IMG/VR virus record: IMGVR_UViG_3300027714_000006
Length of the DNA stretch: 64,000 nucleotides
DNA from: an uncultured virus (IMG/VR IMGVR_UViG_3300027714_000006)
Taxonomy: Duplodnaviria > Heunggongvirae > Uroviricota > Caudoviricetes
Strand: one strand, 5' to 3'
Part shown: positions 19,385 to 29,428 of the stretch, one piece after another
Layout of the letters: each line of letters starts with the position of its first letter
Numbering within the stretch: the first letter of the stretch is position 1
Program-made: the position numbers and the translations under genes
Notes under the pieces: model-generated
Told to the model about the DNA's origin: nothing
The model's database searches: none
What the model saw: only the letters and a program-made list of their open reading frames with translations

Positions 19385-20116
19385 ATGTCAGAGAATTTAA
19401 ACAAACTACTATTTTTTCACATTGAAACAGCTGGAATAACTTCTAGTTTAAGTGAACTTGAAAACAAATACCCACTATTACACGATAGTTGGGAAAATAA
19501 TGTGATACATTACATTAGAAAATGGTTTACGGAGGATGACAAATTATCGTCAGAAGAAGTTTTCGTAAAAAGAGCTGCAGGAATACCTGAATTTGCTAAA
19601 ATTATATGTGTAAGTGCAGCATTCCTACAAACTGACAACACACCAAAAGTTGAGACCTGGTGTGATTTAGGTGAAAATCCGTTAGACGAAAAAGAAATTA
19701 TTACTAAATTCAGAGGAATAGTTGAAAAAGTTGATAATTTAGGTTTTAAATTATGTGGACATGAGATAAAATCATTCACTATTCCATGTATAGCAAAAAG
19801 AATGCTTATCAATGGTCTAAAACCACCAAAAATATTCCCTAATCACGAAACTAAACCTTGGGAGATTAGAGCTATAGACACAAAAGATGTTTGGGGTTTT
19901 GCTTCCGGTAGGGGGTTGTACTCTTTAGGTGTTATAAGTTCAGCTATGGGAATAAAAACAGATGACCATCACGATTCTCAGTGGGAACGAAGTGATGCAC
20001 ACAAACTATATTGGGGAAAAGGGGATTTATTTAGAAAAAAAGAAATTAAAGAAAGGTGTGAAAAAAATCTTTTAGAGGTCATGAGGTTAATGTTAAAAAT
20101 AAATTTATTGAAATAA
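19385..20116 (+). CDS. DEDD/PolB-type 3'-5' exonuclease homologue, catalytically degenerate
   Basis: FFHIET, PEFAKIICVS, LCGHEIKSFTIP, KPWE, IDTKDVW and RCEKN align to ExoI/II/III with the Asp residues replaced. Confidence 0.75.
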   Translation: MSENLNKLLFFHIETAGITSSLSELENKYPLLHDSWENNVIHYIRKWFTEDDKLSSEEVFVKRAAGIPEFAKIICVSAAFLQTDNTPKVETWCDLGENPLDEKEIITKFRGIVEKVDNLGFKLCGHEIKSFTIPCIAKRMLINGLKPPKIFPNHETKPWEIRAIDTKDVWGFASGRGLYSLGVISSAMGIKTDDHHDSQWERSDAHKLYWGKGDLFRKKEIKERCEKNLLEVMRLMLKINLLK

Positions 20117-20122
20117 GGTACT

Positions 20123-20737
20123 ATGAATAATAACACTAATAAAAAAATGAAAAGTACTTTATCACAAATAGAAAGGTACGCAAACAGTAACTCAATAGAC
20201 GAAACCCCATTGGAATTACCAAAAATTCTAGGAATAGACCTAGAAGAACTAGAAAACACTTCTTTTATAACTGATGAAGACATTCCAAGGATGGAGGTAA
20301 AGTATGTCAACACATCTAATAATCCAGACCCAGAATACGCACATAAAGACGATAGTGGTTTTGATTTAAGAGCATCAATACCAAACGATACTATGGTTAT
20401 TCATCCAGGTAAAAGGAAATTAATTCCTACCGGCCTTTACTTTGAATTACCAGAGAATTATGAATTACAAGTAAGACCCAGAAGTGGTTTAGCTTTAAAA
20501 CACGGTATAACAGTTCTTAATACACCTGGTACTGTTGATAGAAGTTATAGAGGTGAAATAAAAATTATCCTAATAAATTTAGGTGAAGACCCTTTTACTA
20601 TTAATGATGGAGATAGGGTAGCTCAAGCAGTTTTAAATAACATTCTTAACACCAATTGGGCAAAATATATAAAAGTATCTAAACTAGAAAGTACTAACAG
20701 AGACGAAGGTGGTTTTGGTAGTACAGGAATAAAATAA
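20123..20737 (+). CDS. dut: dUTPase (trimeric) with an N-terminal extension
   Basis: DSGFDL, RPRSGLA, GTVDRSYRGEI, RVAQ and RDEGGFGSTG. Confidence 0.96.
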   Translation: MNNNTNKKMKSTLSQIERYANSNSIDETPLELPKILGIDLEELENTSFITDEDIPRMEVKYVNTSNNPDPEYAHKDDSGFDLRASIPNDTMVIHPGKRKLIPTGLYFELPENYELQVRPRSGLALKHGITVLNTPGTVDRSYRGEIKIILINLGEDPFTINDGDRVAQAVLNNILNTNWAKYIKVSKLESTNRDEGGFGSTGIK

Positions 20738-20741
20738 AATT

Positions 20742-22088
20742 ATGGGATTATCAGTAGTAGTAAGTACAAAACAAAGAGACGAGGAATACGTCAAACATCT
20801 AAAGTCCACATCAGGTTTAAAGGACATAGAAATTATCATTTATGAAAACCCTGGGAAATATTCTTTAACAGAATTATATAATAAAGGGTTAAAAGAGGCA
20901 AAAAATAATAATATTGTTTTTTGTCACGATGATTTAATAATAGAAACTAAAGGGTGGGCAAAGAAATTATTAAAGTTAAAACATAATAATCCAGATTATG
21001 GGATATTAGGTATAGCTGGAACAACGGAATTACCAGAAAATGGTATGTGGTGGACCAACTGGGCTAAAATGATGGGTAGTGTTTGGCATACACATGAAGG
21101 ACGGACATGGCAGTCAAAATATTCAGGAATTTTTAAAAATGAAGTATTAGACGCTTTATTGGTAGATGGTTTATTCTTTTTAGTTGATAGAGATTTAATA
21201 AAAAAGAAATTTGATGACTATTTTAAGGGGTTTCATTTTTATGAGATAGATTTTTGTGTGTCTAATTGGTTAGCGGGTGTAAAAGTGGGTGTAAACTTTG
21301 AGGTTAAGGTTACCCATAAGTCAGTGGGTATGGTAAATGATGAATGGCACAGAAATAGATTTAAATTTGTTGGGAAACACTTTACCAAACTCCCGATAAT
21401 ACAAGAAGGGGGTTTAAAGTTTAACACTATAAAACCTATAAAAAATAATAAAGTAAAAGTTGGTGTTGTTGTTAATAGTGCCTTTGAGGAAGAAGAGTTA
21501 AAAAAATGCGTAGTAGACAATTGCACTTACAATAATGTAGTCTGGTTGGATAGACCTGAAGATGAGGAATGTGATTTATATGTGTTTTTTAATGAAACAG
21601 CACCATTAAATGATGTAATAACCGAGTTTGTTAAAATTTACACTAAAACAACAAATTGTGGGGTTATCACGTCAAGAACTCACGTAAAAGATAATAGTAT
21701 AATCGCGAACGGTATCGACTTAATAGCTAAAGACGGAAAATTAGTTATAAATAAAAACTCATTAGGTAGTTTTTATAATTTTGGTGGTGGTTATAAAACA
21801 AATACTGTTGGTTCACAAGGGTACATTATGGCTTTAAGTAAACGAGCTTTAAAAACTATACAGGACATAGGTACGGATGTTACAAATCCAGCTTCTGGGT
21901 TCCTAATAGGGTTAAGTTTGATTAAAAATGGTTATGTTAATGTACACTCTGAAGAATCTTGTGGTAGATTATTAGATGAATATGAGGAGTTAAGAGACAA
22001 TCCAGATTTAGGTCACGTAAATCAGTTACTAGGGACTTATGATTATAAACGATTTATTAAAAAAACGCAGAATGAACAACAAAAGTAA
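20742..22088 (+). CDS. Glycosyltransferase, GT-A/GT2-like, two-domain
   Basis: YNKGL, VFCHDD, VDGLF and GFHFYEIDFC. Confidence 0.78.
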   Translation: MGLSVVVSTKQRDEEYVKHLKSTSGLKDIEIIIYENPGKYSLTELYNKGLKEAKNNNIVFCHDDLIIETKGWAKKLLKLKHNNPDYGILGIAGTTELPENGMWWTNWAKMMGSVWHTHEGRTWQSKYSGIFKNEVLDALLVDGLFFLVDRDLIKKKFDDYFKGFHFYEIDFCVSNWLAGVKVGVNFEVKVTHKSVGMVNDEWHRNRFKFVGKHFTKLPIIQEGGLKFNTIKPIKNNKVKVGVVVNSAFEEEELKKCVVDNCTYNNVVWLDRPEDEECDLYVFFNETAPLNDVITEFVKIYTKTTNCGVITSRTHVKDNSIIANGIDLIAKDGKLVINKNSLGSFYNFGGGYKTNTVGSQGYIMALSKRALKTIQDIGTDVTNPASGFLIGLSLIKNGYVNVHSEESCGRLLDEYEELRDNPDLGHVNQLLGTYDYKRFIKKTQNEQQK

Positions 22089-22914
22089 AATAGGTTTAGG
22101 ACTTGTAACATATAAAGCTGAACATAGAATATTACAGAGTGCTATTACAGTACCTGACTGGATAGAAAATTTTGTCATAGTTAATGATGGTACCCCATAT
22201 AACCCAGAATCGTACCCAAAAAAAGCCCATATAATACAACACGAAGTAAATGAGTGTGTTGGCAAGAGTAAAAGTGACGCTATAAATTACTTAATATCAA
22301 AAGGGTGTGAACACATTTTTATAATGGAAGATGACGTATTGATAAAAGATGATTCTGTGTTTGAAAAATATATAGAAGCTTCAGAAGCTAGTGGTATTAA
22401 ACATTTAAGTTACGCTCTACAAGGTCCTGCTAATAGAAAAGATAGTAAGGGTTTTTCTACACTAGAAGAAAGAGCAGAAACAGATAATTTAAACGAACCA
22501 AACCCAAAGACAGTCCTATATTACGATGATACAAAAATAGCTTTATACCCTAATTCGGTAGGAGCTTTTTGTTATTACCACAAAGATGTTATCGATAAAG
22601 TTGGGGTGTTTGACCCAATATTTAAAAATGCTTGGGAGCATGTGGAACATAGCTACCAATGCTATAAAAATGGTTTTTGTCCAGAATTCTGGTGGTTTCC
22701 GGATATCTGGGAAAGTTGGTTATATCTAGAAGATATAGAGAACTGTATAACAGAGAGTACAATCTCACACACACCAGAATGGCACTTAAATTATAATGTA
22801 GGTGCAGAACACTATAAAAAGAAACACGGTCATTACCCAACAGGGGCACCACAGGTAGATATTGATACGGTGGTTAGGACATTAAAAAAAATTAAAAAAG
22901 AACACGCAAAATGA
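22072..22914 (+). CDS. Glycosyltransferase family 2
   Basis: IVNDGT, FIMEDDV and VGVFDPIF..AWEHVE; likely start MNNKSKIGLG. Confidence 0.82.
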   Translation: MNNKSKIGLGLVTYKAEHRILQSAITVPDWIENFVIVNDGTPYNPESYPKKAHIIQHEVNECVGKSKSDAINYLISKGCEHIFIMEDDVLIKDDSVFEKYIEASEASGIKHLSYALQGPANRKDSKGFSTLEERAETDNLNEPNPKTVLYYDDTKIALYPNSVGAFCYYHKDVIDKVGVFDPIFKNAWEHVEHSYQCYKNGFCPEFWWFPDIWESWLYLEDIENCITESTISHTPEWHLNYNVGAEHYKKKHGHYPTGAPQVDIDTVVRTLKKIKKEHAK

Positions 22915-23729
22915 AAAAAGTAGATTTATCCGATGTTTGTTTTTTGGTACACGTAAGAATAGATACTGTTGCCAGACAACAAAATTTAGAGATTATACAA
23001 GAATTTTATAGGAAATATGCTGATAACACACAGTTTATTTTTATAGAGGACGACGCTGAACAAAAAATAACAGAGTCAATTACCTTAACAGAAAATGATA
23101 AATATATATTCCATGAAAACGATGGGATATATGTTAGACCTAAATGTTATAATATAGCTTCTAAGGAGACTGACAGACCTGTAATAGTCTCATTAGATAC
23201 GGATATAATCATTCATCCTAAATATATGAAGATGACCGCTGATAGGTTAATAAAAGAAGATAATCTAGCGATTTGTTATCCGTACAACGGTTTATTTTTA
23301 AACCTATACGAACATACCAAAGAAGAGTTTATGGAAACTCTAGACTACGATGATTTAACAAAATATAAACCAGAATCTAAACAAGTTAATTATAGTAATG
23401 GTAAGGTTTTTGTTGGTCATTACGATAGTGTTGGTGGGTGTGTGTTCTTTAATCACGATAGATATAACAAATTTGGTGGATACAACCCAATGTTTAAAGG
23501 TTGGGGTTACGAAGATAACGAAATAACCATAAGAACAAGAGCTTTGGGTTATGATATTAGTAGAGTGATGGATGAAGACGCTATACTATTTCATCTTCCA
23601 CATGACGGTCCAGGACAGTCACCAAAAGCTACACACGAGTTCTACCAAAGTAATGCACAGTTATCAGTTATGACTGAAACTATGACTAAAGAACAAATGG
23701 AGGAATTCATAAAACAATGGGAAGTGTAA
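22911..23729 (+). CDS. Glycosyltransferase with a GT2/GT7 galactosyltransferase-like C-terminus
   Basis: LDTD (DxD motif) and GGYNPMFKGWGYEDNE. Confidence 0.85.
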   Translation: MKKVDLSDVCFLVHVRIDTVARQQNLEIIQEFYRKYADNTQFIFIEDDAEQKITESITLTENDKYIFHENDGIYVRPKCYNIASKETDRPVIVSLDTDIIIHPKYMKMTADRLIKEDNLAICYPYNGLFLNLYEHTKEEFMETLDYDDLTKYKPESKQVNYSNGKVFVGHYDSVGGCVFFNHDRYNKFGGYNPMFKGWGYEDNEITIRTRALGYDISRVMDEDAILFHLPHDGPGQSPKATHEFYQSNAQLSVMTETMTKEQMEEFIKQWEV

Positions 23730-23730
23730 T

Positions 23731-24513
23731 ATGGTAACAAGTACAGGAATAAAGAATTTTAAGTTAGGTAACTCATTATTTAATCTTGCTACAGCTATTG
23801 GGATTGCTGAGGCAAATAATGATGTGGTTGTATTACCAGAAGATTATAGGTTTGCTCCATTTTTTAACATACCTAAAGAATGGTTAAAAAAAGATATTAG
23901 TTTTGTGGTTGAGGAGGGTGAAGGTCCTTTCCATTACACACCTATACCATACACTAAGGATATGAATATAAATGGGTATTTCCAGAGTGAAAAATACTTT
24001 AAACACGCTAAAGATAAAGTACAAGAAATTATAACTGTGACAGAGGATGTTAAGAGGGGTATACAAGACCAAATTAATATAATTCGTTCAGAATATACAA
24101 TATCTTTACATGTAAGAAGAGGTGACTACCTAAATTATCCAAACATACACCCAACCCCAAATCAGGACTACTATAAAGAAGCGATAGAATATATCGTTAA
24201 TGAAACAAAAAAAACAGATATTGAAATATTTGTATTTTCTGATGATATTCTGTGGTGTGTGAATAACTTATTTAGTTTAGCTAAGATAAATGGGATTAAA
24301 AAAGTTAATTTTGTTAGTGATAATGAAAATTATGAAGACTTACATTTAATGTCCATATGTAACCATCAAATTACAGCAAATAGTAGTTTTAGTTGGTGGG
24401 CAGCGTGGTTGAATACCAATAAAGATAAAATTATTGTTTCACCAAATAACTGGTTTGGCCCACAAGGACCAGACCCTAAAGATTTAGTACCGGAAACATG
24501 GAAGAAAATATAA
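23731..24513 (+). CDS. Alpha-1,2-fucosyltransferase-like (GT11)
   Basis: LGNSLF, GYFQSEKYF, HVRRGDY, VFSDD and NSSFSWWAAWL. Confidence 0.92.
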   Translation: MVTSTGIKNFKLGNSLFNLATAIGIAEANNDVVVLPEDYRFAPFFNIPKEWLKKDISFVVEEGEGPFHYTPIPYTKDMNINGYFQSEKYFKHAKDKVQEIITVTEDVKRGIQDQINIIRSEYTISLHVRRGDYLNYPNIHPTPNQDYYKEAIEYIVNETKKTDIEIFVFSDDILWCVNNLFSLAKINGIKKVNFVSDNENYEDLHLMSICNHQITANSSFSWWAAWLNTNKDKIIVSPNNWFGPQGPDPKDLVPETWKKI

Positions 24514-25352
24514 ATTTACATCAAGCAAGAGTATTTGGGATTGGAGGCAGCGACGAACCATCCCAAAATTTCCCTAAATACAATAAAAAAGTTTGTATAT
24601 ATTGGGACCATATGGATTTGAATAATCAGGATTTTAAAGATGCTGATATAAGGATACATATACAAACAGAACCAGAAGCATATAGGAGGTTGAGTCCTAC
24701 TAGTGCAACCAATGATTTGTTATTACAAAATCAAGACCTATTTGATATTATACTAACTTGGGACCCGATTTTACTAGAACAAATACCACACACTAAACCA
24801 TTTCCATTCGGTACGTGTTGGGTGGATTCTGGGTATGAATTTAAAAAGGAGTTTGCTTTATCTTTTTTACCCGGAGCTAAAAGAATGGAGATATTCCCAG
24901 GACATAAACTTAGATATGAGGTTTTACCACAGTTAAATAATTTAGCGAACCAACAATCACTACCAGACACATTAACACCTAATGGGTTAAAGTATCGTTT
25001 ATTCCCACCTACGAGTTACCTACCTAAAAAAGACCCTATTTTTGATGGGTACCAGTTCTCTATTATAGTAGAAAATTGTGATACAGATAATTGGTTCACA
25101 GAAAAGTTGGTGGATTGTATCGCGTCAAAGACAATACCTTTATATTGTGGAGCACCTAATATTGGTGAGTACTTTAATATTGATGGGATAATACCTTTTA
25201 GTAGTTGGCCAGAATTATATGAAATAATTAATAAACTAACTCCAGAAACTTACGATTCTATGAAGGAAGCAATAGAAGATAACTATGAAAGACATTTTAA
25301 GTACTCTGATTTTTGGGAAAGAGTTAGGGGTGAAGTGGAAGAAATATTATAA
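24498..25352 (+). CDS. Alpha-1,3/4-fucosyltransferase-like (GT10)
   Basis: YQFSIIVENCDTDNWFTEKLVDC..SKTIPLYCG. Confidence 0.82.
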   Translation: MEENINLHQARVFGIGGSDEPSQNFPKYNKKVCIYWDHMDLNNQDFKDADIRIHIQTEPEAYRRLSPTSATNDLLLQNQDLFDIILTWDPILLEQIPHTKPFPFGTCWVDSGYEFKKEFALSFLPGAKRMEIFPGHKLRYEVLPQLNNLANQQSLPDTLTPNGLKYRLFPPTSYLPKKDPIFDGYQFSIIVENCDTDNWFTEKLVDCIASKTIPLYCGAPNIGEYFNIDGIIPFSSWPELYEIINKLTPETYDSMKEAIEDNYERHFKYSDFWERVRGEVEEIL

Positions 25353-26080
25353 TGAAAGTATCAATTTGTATACCATCATATGAAGCTAATGGACGAGGTG
25401 TTGAGTTTTTAGAATACAACTTTAATCTATTTGAAAAGCAAACACATAAGGATATAGAGGTTGTCATATCTGACCATAGTCAAAATGACGACATAAAAGA
25501 TTTGTGTGTTAATTGGGCCGGAAGATTAGACATAAAGTATGTTAAAAACTTAGAAAATAGAGGTAATTCTTCTGCTAATAGTAATGTAGCTATGAAGAAC
25601 GCTTCTGGAGATATAATAAAAATCCTATTCCAAGACGATTTTATTATTGATGAAACTAGTATAGAAAAAACCGTTAAGGGTTTTGAAGACGAAACGGTAA
25701 AATGGTTAGCGTCAGCTTGTAAGCATTCAAGTGACGATGTCCATAACCTACATAGCCCATTCCATCCAAGGTTCCATAAGAATATTCAATACGGTGAAAA
25801 TACTATGAGTTCACCTAGTGTTATATCTATTAGAAATCTTAAAGAAAAACCTTATTTTGATGAAAATCTAATATGGTTAATGGACGTGGAGTATTATAAA
25901 CAATTACATGACGTATTTGGTGAACCAGGTATAGTCAATGAATATACTGTTGTAAATAGAGGTTGGGGGAACCAAGTATCAAACAGTATTGTTACACAGG
26001 AAATAAAAATAAATGAATTAAATTACGTATTAAAAAAACACCCTAATGAAGATAGCAGTTATAACGTCCGTATTTGGTAA
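25352..26080 (+). CDS. Glycosyltransferase family 2
   Basis: VSICIPSY, VVISDHS and LFQDD. Confidence 0.85.
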   Translation: MKVSICIPSYEANGRGVEFLEYNFNLFEKQTHKDIEVVISDHSQNDDIKDLCVNWAGRLDIKYVKNLENRGNSSANSNVAMKNASGDIIKILFQDDFIIDETSIEKTVKGFEDETVKWLASACKHSSDDVHNLHSPFHPRFHKNIQYGENTMSSPSVISIRNLKEKPYFDENLIWLMDVEYYKQLHDVFGEPGIVNEYTVVNRGWGNQVSNSIVTQEIKINELNYVLKKHPNEDSSYNVRIW

Positions 26081-26735
26081 CGTACAACAATTACGAACAC
26101 CACAAACAAAATGGCATGGTGTAGATTATTATGCCTATGTAGATAAAGAGCACCCATGTGAAGTGTGGAATCAAATAATTTCACCTGATTTTACTATAGA
26201 TAAACAATTTACTGGTAGAAGAAACGCAAAAATATATAAGATAATGCCTCATGTTTTTTTACCAGATTATGATTATCATATATGGATGGACCCCACACAT
26301 GATATTATATCAGACCCTAAAGAATTTTGTGAGACTTATTTAAAAGATAATGATATAGCACTATTTAAACACCCAGAAAGAGACTGTCTTTACGATGAGG
26401 CAAAAACATTAATAGAACTTACTGAGGGACCTGGTGGTGACTATGATAGTTTAGATAATATTCATAGGCAGTTGGACTTCTATAATGAGGAAGGGTTTCC
26501 TAAAGATTTTGGGTTATTTGAGTTGTCAGCTAGTATAAGAAAAAACACACCACAAATACAGGTCATGAATTTAAAATGGTGGGAAATTATATGTAGGTTC
26601 TCTTCTAGAGACCAGATAAGTTTACCCTTTGTTTTAAATTCTTTAAATATCGACGTAAAAGTACTACCAGGATTTGCTAACAATGGTTTAAGGCAGAACC
26701 CTATAATTCCACAACTATACTATAAAGGATTTTAA
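26046..26735 (+). CDS. DUF616/TOD1-MUCI70-like glycosyltransferase
   Basis: KIMPH, IWMD, FKHPERDCLYDEA and SRDQISLPF. Confidence 0.75.
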   Translation: MKIAVITSVFGNVQQLRTPQTKWHGVDYYAYVDKEHPCEVWNQIISPDFTIDKQFTGRRNAKIYKIMPHVFLPDYDYHIWMDPTHDIISDPKEFCETYLKDNDIALFKHPERDCLYDEAKTLIELTEGPGGDYDSLDNIHRQLDFYNEEGFPKDFGLFELSASIRKNTPQIQVMNLKWWEIICRFSSRDQISLPFVLNSLNIDVKVLPGFANNGLRQNPIIPQLYYKGF

Positions 26736-26736
26736 T

Positions 26737-27408
26737 ATGCCAATATCTAGAGAAAATAATTTAATATTTGTACACATTCCTAAGAATGCTGGTACAAGCA
26801 TCCAAGAAACTTTTAAAATGGAACAAGCGGGTGGACACCAAACATCACAACAAATGAGAAATGAAAACCCTGAACTTTGGGGTGATGGTAGTTCTTTTTG
26901 TGTGGTCAGAAATCCATGGGATAGAATGGTATCCAATTACTACTATTGTATAGCAGAAAAAAGTTTCTGGTTTGATGTTAATAACAGTACTGAAAAATGG
27001 GAATTAGCTGACGGTACTGAAGTGGACGGAAAACCTCAACACCCACTGTATAATCACGTAAAAAGTGCTGGAAGTTTTGAGGCGTGGATGGAGATATTTT
27101 ACACTAGGGGTTATATGGGTAAAACTGGTCCAGAATTTTGGGCTACACAGAATAGGGGGTACGATAACCAATACGATTATTTGATAGATGAAGACGGTAA
27201 AATAATGGTAGACCACGTATTAAGGTATGAAAATCTAAATGAAGACTTTAAAAAGTTTTCAGATAAAGTAGGATTACCTAATGTTGAATTACCAACATTA
27301 AACCAAAGTAAGAAAGTGGATTATAGGGATGTACATACACCACGTACAAGAGAAATAACATATAATGTCTATAAGAAGGAGATAGAATTATTAAATTATA
27401 AATTTTAA
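26737..27408 (+). CDS. Sulfotransferase (Sulfotransfer_2-like)
   Basis: FVHIPKNAGTSI (5'-PSB loop), VRNPWDRMVS (3'-PB motif) and LRYENL. Confidence 0.9.
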   Translation: MPISRENNLIFVHIPKNAGTSIQETFKMEQAGGHQTSQQMRNENPELWGDGSSFCVVRNPWDRMVSNYYYCIAEKSFWFDVNNSTEKWELADGTEVDGKPQHPLYNHVKSAGSFEAWMEIFYTRGYMGKTGPEFWATQNRGYDNQYDYLIDEDGKIMVDHVLRYENLNEDFKKFSDKVGLPNVELPTLNQSKKVDYRDVHTPRTREITYNVYKKEIELLNYKF

Positions 27409-27411
27409 GAT

Positions 27412-28749
27412 ATGTGTAGTTTTATATTTAGTGCAAAAAAAGAATTAAGTCCAGAACAGTTGGGTAGAGCTAATTTTTACCCACAATTTAGAGGACCAGA
27501 TAAGACTAATGCTGTAAAGTTATCGGGTCTTATGTTTTTACATAATCTATTAAGTATAACCGGAGAGTTTACCACCCAACCATTCGTAGATGATGATGTT
27601 ATTTGTCTATATAATGGGGAGATATACAACTATAAAGATTTTGGTGATTATAAATCTGATGGTGAATGCCTAATTTCATTATATAGAGAACACTCGTTCG
27701 ATTTTGTTAAAAAATTAGATGGTGAGTTCGCTATAGTATTAGTTGACCTAAAACAAAGAAAAGTCCTATTCTCCACAGACACATTTAAAACCAAACCAAT
27801 TTTTTATTCTAGTGGTTTAGGTAATTTGGGTTGTGCGTCGTACAGTAGTGGTTTGGCTGGACTAGGTCACCAGAATGTGCAAAAGATGGAACCAAACACA
27901 GCAAAAGTTTTTGATTTAGATTTAATGATGGAGATAAAAACTTTTAAGGTTAAAGAATTTGATTTAAATCAACATAAAGATGATTTTAAAGACTGGAGAA
28001 AAGCATTTAAAAAATCTATAGAGAAAAGAACATACAATCTTAGAGAAAGGATTTTTATTGGTCTTAGTAGTGGTTACGATAGTGGTGCTATCGCTTGTGA
28101 ATTAATAAAACAAGATGTACCATTTAAATCTTATACGGTAATGGGTACTGAAGATAGGGGCATTATAGAACAAAGAAAATTAAAACTAAAAGAAAATACA
28201 GAATTTCAAGAATTATTCAGACACCCTAAAGAATTGAATGACGCTCACAACTACATCCAAAAAAACACAGAAGAATTTAAGTATGTTACATACTCAAACT
28301 CCAGTGACTATAACGAATATTACCTATCATTAATAGATGATAATGGAGCAAACTCATTATCGTTATTATGTAATTACGCTATTGGTGATGGTAAAAAAAT
28401 TCTGTTGTCAGGGATGGGAGCAGATGAATTATTTTCAGATTATGGTTTTAATGGGGTTAAAAAATACAATCACAGTAACTTTGGTGGTCTTTACCCACAA
28501 GACCTGACAAGTATTTTTCCATGGCCTAGTTTTTTTAATAGTAGTATGGAGTCATATTTGGCAAAAGAAGAATATGTGGCTGGAGCCTATGGAATAGAAA
28601 CAAGATACCCATTTTTAGATGTGGATGTGGTACAAGAATTTTTATGGTTAAAACCAGAATTAAAAAACAGATATTATAAATCTGTTTTACACGACTACCT
28701 AAGTCATAACAACTACCCATTTAAGGAAGGAGAAAAAATAGGGTTTTAG
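27412..28749 (+). CDS. Asparagine-synthetase-like glutamine amidotransferase (probably glycan amidation)
   Basis: N-terminal Cys (MCS), RGPD, YNGEIYN, LSSGYDS, SGMGADELF and ETRYPFLD. Confidence 0.88.
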   Translation: MCSFIFSAKKELSPEQLGRANFYPQFRGPDKTNAVKLSGLMFLHNLLSITGEFTTQPFVDDDVICLYNGEIYNYKDFGDYKSDGECLISLYREHSFDFVKKLDGEFAIVLVDLKQRKVLFSTDTFKTKPIFYSSGLGNLGCASYSSGLAGLGHQNVQKMEPNTAKVFDLDLMMEIKTFKVKEFDLNQHKDDFKDWRKAFKKSIEKRTYNLRERIFIGLSSGYDSGAIACELIKQDVPFKSYTVMGTEDRGIIEQRKLKLKENTEFQELFRHPKELNDAHNYIQKNTEEFKYVTYSNSSDYNEYYLSLIDDNGANSLSLLCNYAIGDGKKILLSGMGADELFSDYGFNGVKKYNHSNFGGLYPQDLTSIFPWPSFFNSSMESYLAKEEYVAGAYGIETRYPFLDVDVVQEFLWLKPELKNRYYKSVLHDYLSHNNYPFKEGEKIGF

Positions 28750-28783
28750 TGACTTTATTAAAATATTTTAATACATTTTAAAT

Positions 28784-29428
28784 ATGAAAGAAAAAAGCAT
28801 AGACATAATTATCACCACATATAATAGACCAGATAGGTTAACACAGATAGTTAACAATTTATCACAACAAACCAACATGGACTTTAATTTGATAATAAAT
28901 GATGATGGGGGTAAGGACAGAATAAACCCATCAGACTTCCAAGTTATAACAAAATATATTTGGAACGAAGATATTGGTTACCATAGGGTTGGTAGATTTA
29001 ATGAATCCGTAGCGATGTGTGTGTCACCATACATAATATTATTGGATGATGATTGTATACCACATTATAGAGATTTTGTACAGTCACATTTAGACACATT
29101 AAAAGATTTTGACGCATGTAGGGGAATAGTACAATTCCCTGATGGTGCCCGTGCTAATTCTTGGTTTAGTACTGCTAATTTAGGTATAAGAAAATCAGTA
29201 ATAGATAAAATAGGGTTATTTGACCCTGAGTTTGATGGTCATTATGGTCATGAAGACCAAGATTTAGGTAATAGGATTAAAGAGAATAACTATAGTGTTA
29301 CAATGGATGTGGAACTTACTAGAGCTGACCACGGAATAGAAATTTACGCTGACGGTGATAGGTCTGATGCTATAATAGGTCATAATACAAGATACTTTAT
29401 TAAAAAATGGGGATATGACCCAAGATAA
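28784..29428 (+). CDS. Glycosyltransferase family 2
   Basis: IITTYNR, INDDG, LLDDD and GLFDPEFDGHYGHED. Confidence 0.85.
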   Translation: MKEKSIDIIITTYNRPDRLTQIVNNLSQQTNMDFNLIINDDGGKDRINPSDFQVITKYIWNEDIGYHRVGRFNESVAMCVSPYIILLDDDCIPHYRDFVQSHLDTLKDFDACRGIVQFPDGARANSWFSTANLGIRKSVIDKIGLFDPEFDGHYGHEDQDLGNRIKENNYSVTMDVELTRADHGIEIYADGDRSDAIIGHNTRYFIKKWGYDPR

